Shown here: piece after piece, positions 63,839 through 64,000 of the stretch | Layout of the letters: every line of letters starts with the position of its first letter | Position numbering within the stretch: position 1 is the stretch's first letter | Source: Octopus sinensis | Lineage: Eukaryota | Assembly (NCBI RefSeq): GCF_006345805.1 | Contig: NC_043005.1 | Coordinates: 35,774,001-35,838,000, forward strand | Length of the DNA: 64,000 nt | Reading direction: 5' to 3' | Notes under the pieces: generated by a model | The model's input: only the letters and a program-made list of their open reading frames with translations | Told to the model about the DNA's origin: nothing | The model's database searches: none | Program-made: the position numbers and the translations under genes

Positions 63839-64000
63839 CTGAAGAAGAAAATTACAGGGTTTATTTTTATATACAGAGTATTTTTTTCTTAAGTTATTAA
63901 TTGAAAAATAAAACAAGATAATGAAAAAACAACAACACTGATAACAGCAGTAACAAGAAAGTAAACAACAACAACCTAAATAAATAAATAGTAACAAGAA

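Overview
AT-rich, repeat-dense animal genomic DNA. The SINE/LINE content suggests Octopus, recognised from memory rather than by a search. There are two convergent protein-coding genes. (1) Minus strand: the 3' part of an EGF receptor tyrosine kinase gene. I reconstructed 17 GT-AG exons by hand between 63838 and 18919. They are phase-consistent and give about 905 codons: extended Cys-rich ectodomain, TM helix, complete kinase and a C-tail ending ETKV. The 5' exons lie beyond the window. (2) Plus strand: a compact predicted 326-aa type I membrane protein (signal peptide, EGF, FN3, TM, tail). It is built from a signal-peptide exon missed by the ORF track (7974-8049) and a large terminal exon (10636-11540). 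Introns and intergenic DNA hold tRNA-derived SINEs, RTE, CR1 and R4/Dong-like LINE fragments, a Penelope-like relic, mariner relics, TTAA-flanked MITEs, a non-autonomous Helitron and a deleted Gypsy element. The most unusual signal is a set of minimal type I hammerhead ribozyme motifs. One is embedded in a perfect 161-bp-arm palindrome (8788-9114), so both strands encode it. A core-variant motif lies on the EGFR sense strand (46516-46553), and a degenerate one lies downstream of a Penelope-like fragment. No CRISPR array, rRNA or genuine tRNA gene was found.
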